DNA of 17,445 nucleotides from Candidatus Heimdallarchaeota archaeon (GTDB lineage: Archaea > Asgardarchaeota > Heimdallarchaeia > Heimdallarchaeales > Heimdallarchaeaceae): contig JAEOSZ010000085.1 of the NCBI GenBank assembly GCA_016840095.1, positions 1 through 17,445 of the forward strand, written 5' to 3'. Shown piece by piece: positions 15,521 through 17,445 of the stretch; the stretch's first letter is position 1, and every line of letters starts with the position of its first letter. The notes under the pieces are model-generated. The model ran no database searches, was not told the DNA's origin, and saw only the letters and a list, made by a program, of their open reading frames with translations. The position numbers and the translations under genes were made by a program.

Positions 15521-17445
15521 ATGGAAAAATCGAAAAAATTAACCTTATTTGCTACAATGTTCATTACAGTTTTTTTAGTGACTAATGTTGCACATGTAAT
15601 GAGTTTTAGTTTTGATCCTGGACCAGGAGATCCTCCACCAGATGATCCTCCACCACCACCTCCTCAAGATACAACTAAACCAACAGTTTCTATCACAAGT
15701 CCGTCAATAGGAGATGACTTAACAGGAGTAGTCACGTTTCAAGCTTCGGCGAGTGACAATGTTGCCATTCTTGTTGTAACCTTTAGTATTAATGGACAAT
15801 CTTTAGGTTCTGACTCTTCATCACCATACAAAGTGACTTTTGATACAATAAATTATCGAGAAGGATTCTATACTCTAGAAGCTACTGCAATTGATACTAG
15901 TTATAACTCTAGAAAGCATTCAATAAATGTTCAAATAACTAGGGCTAAAGGATTAACTATTTGGGAAGACAACTTCGAATATGTTGGAGATCAAGCTGAA
16001 GGTTACGATCATATGTGGACAATGAAATATAATGATTGGTATGGTAACGATTATCATGAAACCTATAGCGATGGATACAAAGGATATGTTAGTGAAACTA
16101 ATGGTCATGTTTCAACAAATGCGCTAGTATATACTAAATTTGACATGAGTAAATGGACAGGAGAAGGTGATGTTACACTTGAAGTAAAATTCCGAGCACA
16201 AAGCAATTACAATGGACCTTCCAGTGTAACCAATTTCCGTATAGGCATTAGAAGATGGGGAGAAACAACACCTCTCTGGCAACAAACGAAAATGTTTACT
16301 TATTCTAAAGATTCTGGATGGCAAATCTATTCTTACCTAATTACTGGTCAAGAATTGCTTAACTATGGAGGAAAATATTGCTTATACTGGGGCTACAGAG
16401 ATGCTTGGTCAAGTTATTGGGGTCAAAAAGTATCTATTGACTATATTCAAATATTTGGTGATGCGTTCCCAGGTGATACTTTACAGCGTAAAAATGGAGC
16501 AACTTTTTCTAATGGTGTTCATGATATTTTTATCTTTCATCAGCAAGCTGATGACGATAACCCTGATTCAGATCATGTTTTTGTTAGTACTGCTACAAAA
16601 ATAGATGGAGCGGATTCTCTGGGAATATGCAATACGCAAAGTCCTCACATTGAAGCAGGAATACAAGTTGCTATGGATCCACATGAAGAAGATAGTAGTT
16701 TAAGGTTTAACCGAATTGATGGAATTAGGATAAAGATTGCATTGAAGAATATGAAAGATAATACCTATGTAGAACTAAATACTTATCAAAAAGAGACTTG
16801 GTTAAACGAAGAAGCTACCATAACTGGTGGTACTGATGTAGATTATGATGCTACCTGGGGAACGCTTTCAGCTGTAGGTGAAACTATGTGTGCAGCTGGA
16901 GGATTAATTGCACTTGCTTTAGGTCCTGAAACAGTAGGAGCAGCTGCAGTATTAGGTTTGGCATTAGCAGCAATCGGAGGAGTCCTATGTATGGTTTCAG
17001 CAATTGGATCTGCCATCACAGACTCTGTTTTAGAAAGTGATCAAACAATAATATCTATGTACACTGAATCTGAACAGATTAGTCCTGAAATAACTAAACA
17101 TTATGCTGTGTCAGATTTGGATTATAAAGCTGTTTGTGCTGGGACTACTGATTTGAGATACCTGTTTGGCATCACACCTTATCTACCAGATGATTCATGG
17201 TATAGAGTAGAAGTAACATATGAGCTTAGACTGAAATCTTGCAGATATTTAAGACACACTCAACACCTCTGGGAACCTGAACCTTATACAGAATACTTTG
17301 ATTTATTCAATATGGATAATATCAGAATAGTTGATACAGGTTCTGAAAATATAGAAGAAGATGTACCTGTAACTTTCAGTGATGGAAATTACTTGAGTTA
17401 TCCAACTATAAATGGAGAAGGATGGTATGCTGTTGAAGTAGAATA
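15521..17445 (+). CDS. Large secreted protein (partial, >641 aa): signal peptide, Pro/Asp linker, bacterial Ig-like (Big) domain, beta-sandwich domain, internal hydrophobic hairpin
   Basis: AGGTGA RBS at 15511-15516. Manual translation is open to the window end: MEKSKKLTLFATMFITVFLVTNVAHVMS-FSFDPGPGDPPPDDPPPPPPQ-DTTKPTVSITSP...ASASDNVAI..VTFSINGQSLGSDSSSPYKVTFDT...YTLEATAIDTSYN (Ig-like Big domain, 15668-15940), then WEDNFE...SGWQ...VSIDYIQI. Confidence 0.85.
   Translation, partial: MEKSKKLTLFATMFITVFLVTNVAHVMSFSFDPGPGDPPPDDPPPPPPQDTTKPTVSITSPSIGDDLTGVVTFQASASDNVAILVVTFSINGQSLGSDSSSPYKVTFDTINYREGFYTLEATAIDTSYNSRKHSINVQITRAKGLTIWEDNFEYVGDQAEGYDHMWTMKYNDWYGNDYHETYSDGYKGYVSETNGHVSTNALVYTKFDMSKWTGEGDVTLEVKFRAQSNYNGPSSVTNFRIGIRRWGETTPLWQQTKMFTYSKDSGWQIYSYLITGQELLNYGGKYCLYWGYRDAWSSYWGQKVSIDYIQIFGDAFPGDTLQRKNGATFSNGVHDIFIFHQQADDDNPDSDHVFVSTATKIDGADSLGICNTQSPHIEAGIQVAMDPHEEDSSLRFNRIDGIRIKIALKNMKDNTYVELNTYQKETWLNEEATITGGTDVDYDATWGTLSAVGETMCAAGGLIALALGPETVGAAAVLGLALAAIGGVLCMVSAIGSAITDSVLESDQTIISMYTESEQISPEITKHYAVSDLDYKAVCAGTTDLRYLFGITPYLPDDSWYRVEVTYELRLKSCRYLRHTQHLWEPEPYTEYFDLFNMDNIRIVDTGSENIEEDVPVTFSDGNYLSYPTINGEGWYAVEVE
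15614..15664 (+). repeat. Low-complexity Pro/Asp-coding repeat (DPGPGDPPPDDPPPPPP)
   Basis: GATCCTCCACCA occurs twice, followed by a CCA/CCT run. Confidence 0.8.

Noticed and set aside
16124-16604. ORFs 16124-16324 (-) and 16365-16604 (+) as extra precursor peptides
   Set aside because: Both lie inside the long open frame starting at 15521 and share nothing with A1/A2.

Overview
AT-rich window that looks archaeal: BRE/TATA-like promoters, GGTGA/GAGG ribosome-binding sites and oligo-T terminators. One winged-helix protein resembles families I associate with Asgard/Heimdallarchaeia; this lineage call is an inference. The left part (1-7511) holds the start of a secreted protein, a four-enzyme nitrogen-metabolism cluster (allantoinase/hydantoinase-type amidohydrolase, group II PLP decarboxylase, hydantoin/allantoin racemase, DABA-type class III aminotransferase), a divergent wHTH regulator/GNAT-like pair and a small membrane protein. 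The centre (7628-15114) is a same-strand, more AT-rich block that looks like an undescribed RiPP gene cluster: ABC-2 exporter (ATPase + permease), AbrB-like protein, MinD/ParA-like ATPase, radical SAM/SPASM enzyme, a 541-aa helical orphan, and two tandem-duplicated 65-67 aa putative precursor peptides. The peptides share the block SFKIIAKTNIDWG, a variable Pro/Asp-rich middle and a Ser/Thr-rich C-x13-C tail. The right end (15521->17445) is a large secreted Ig-like/beta-sandwich protein with an internal Cys-flanked hydrophobic hairpin; it is missing from the ORF track because it runs off the window.
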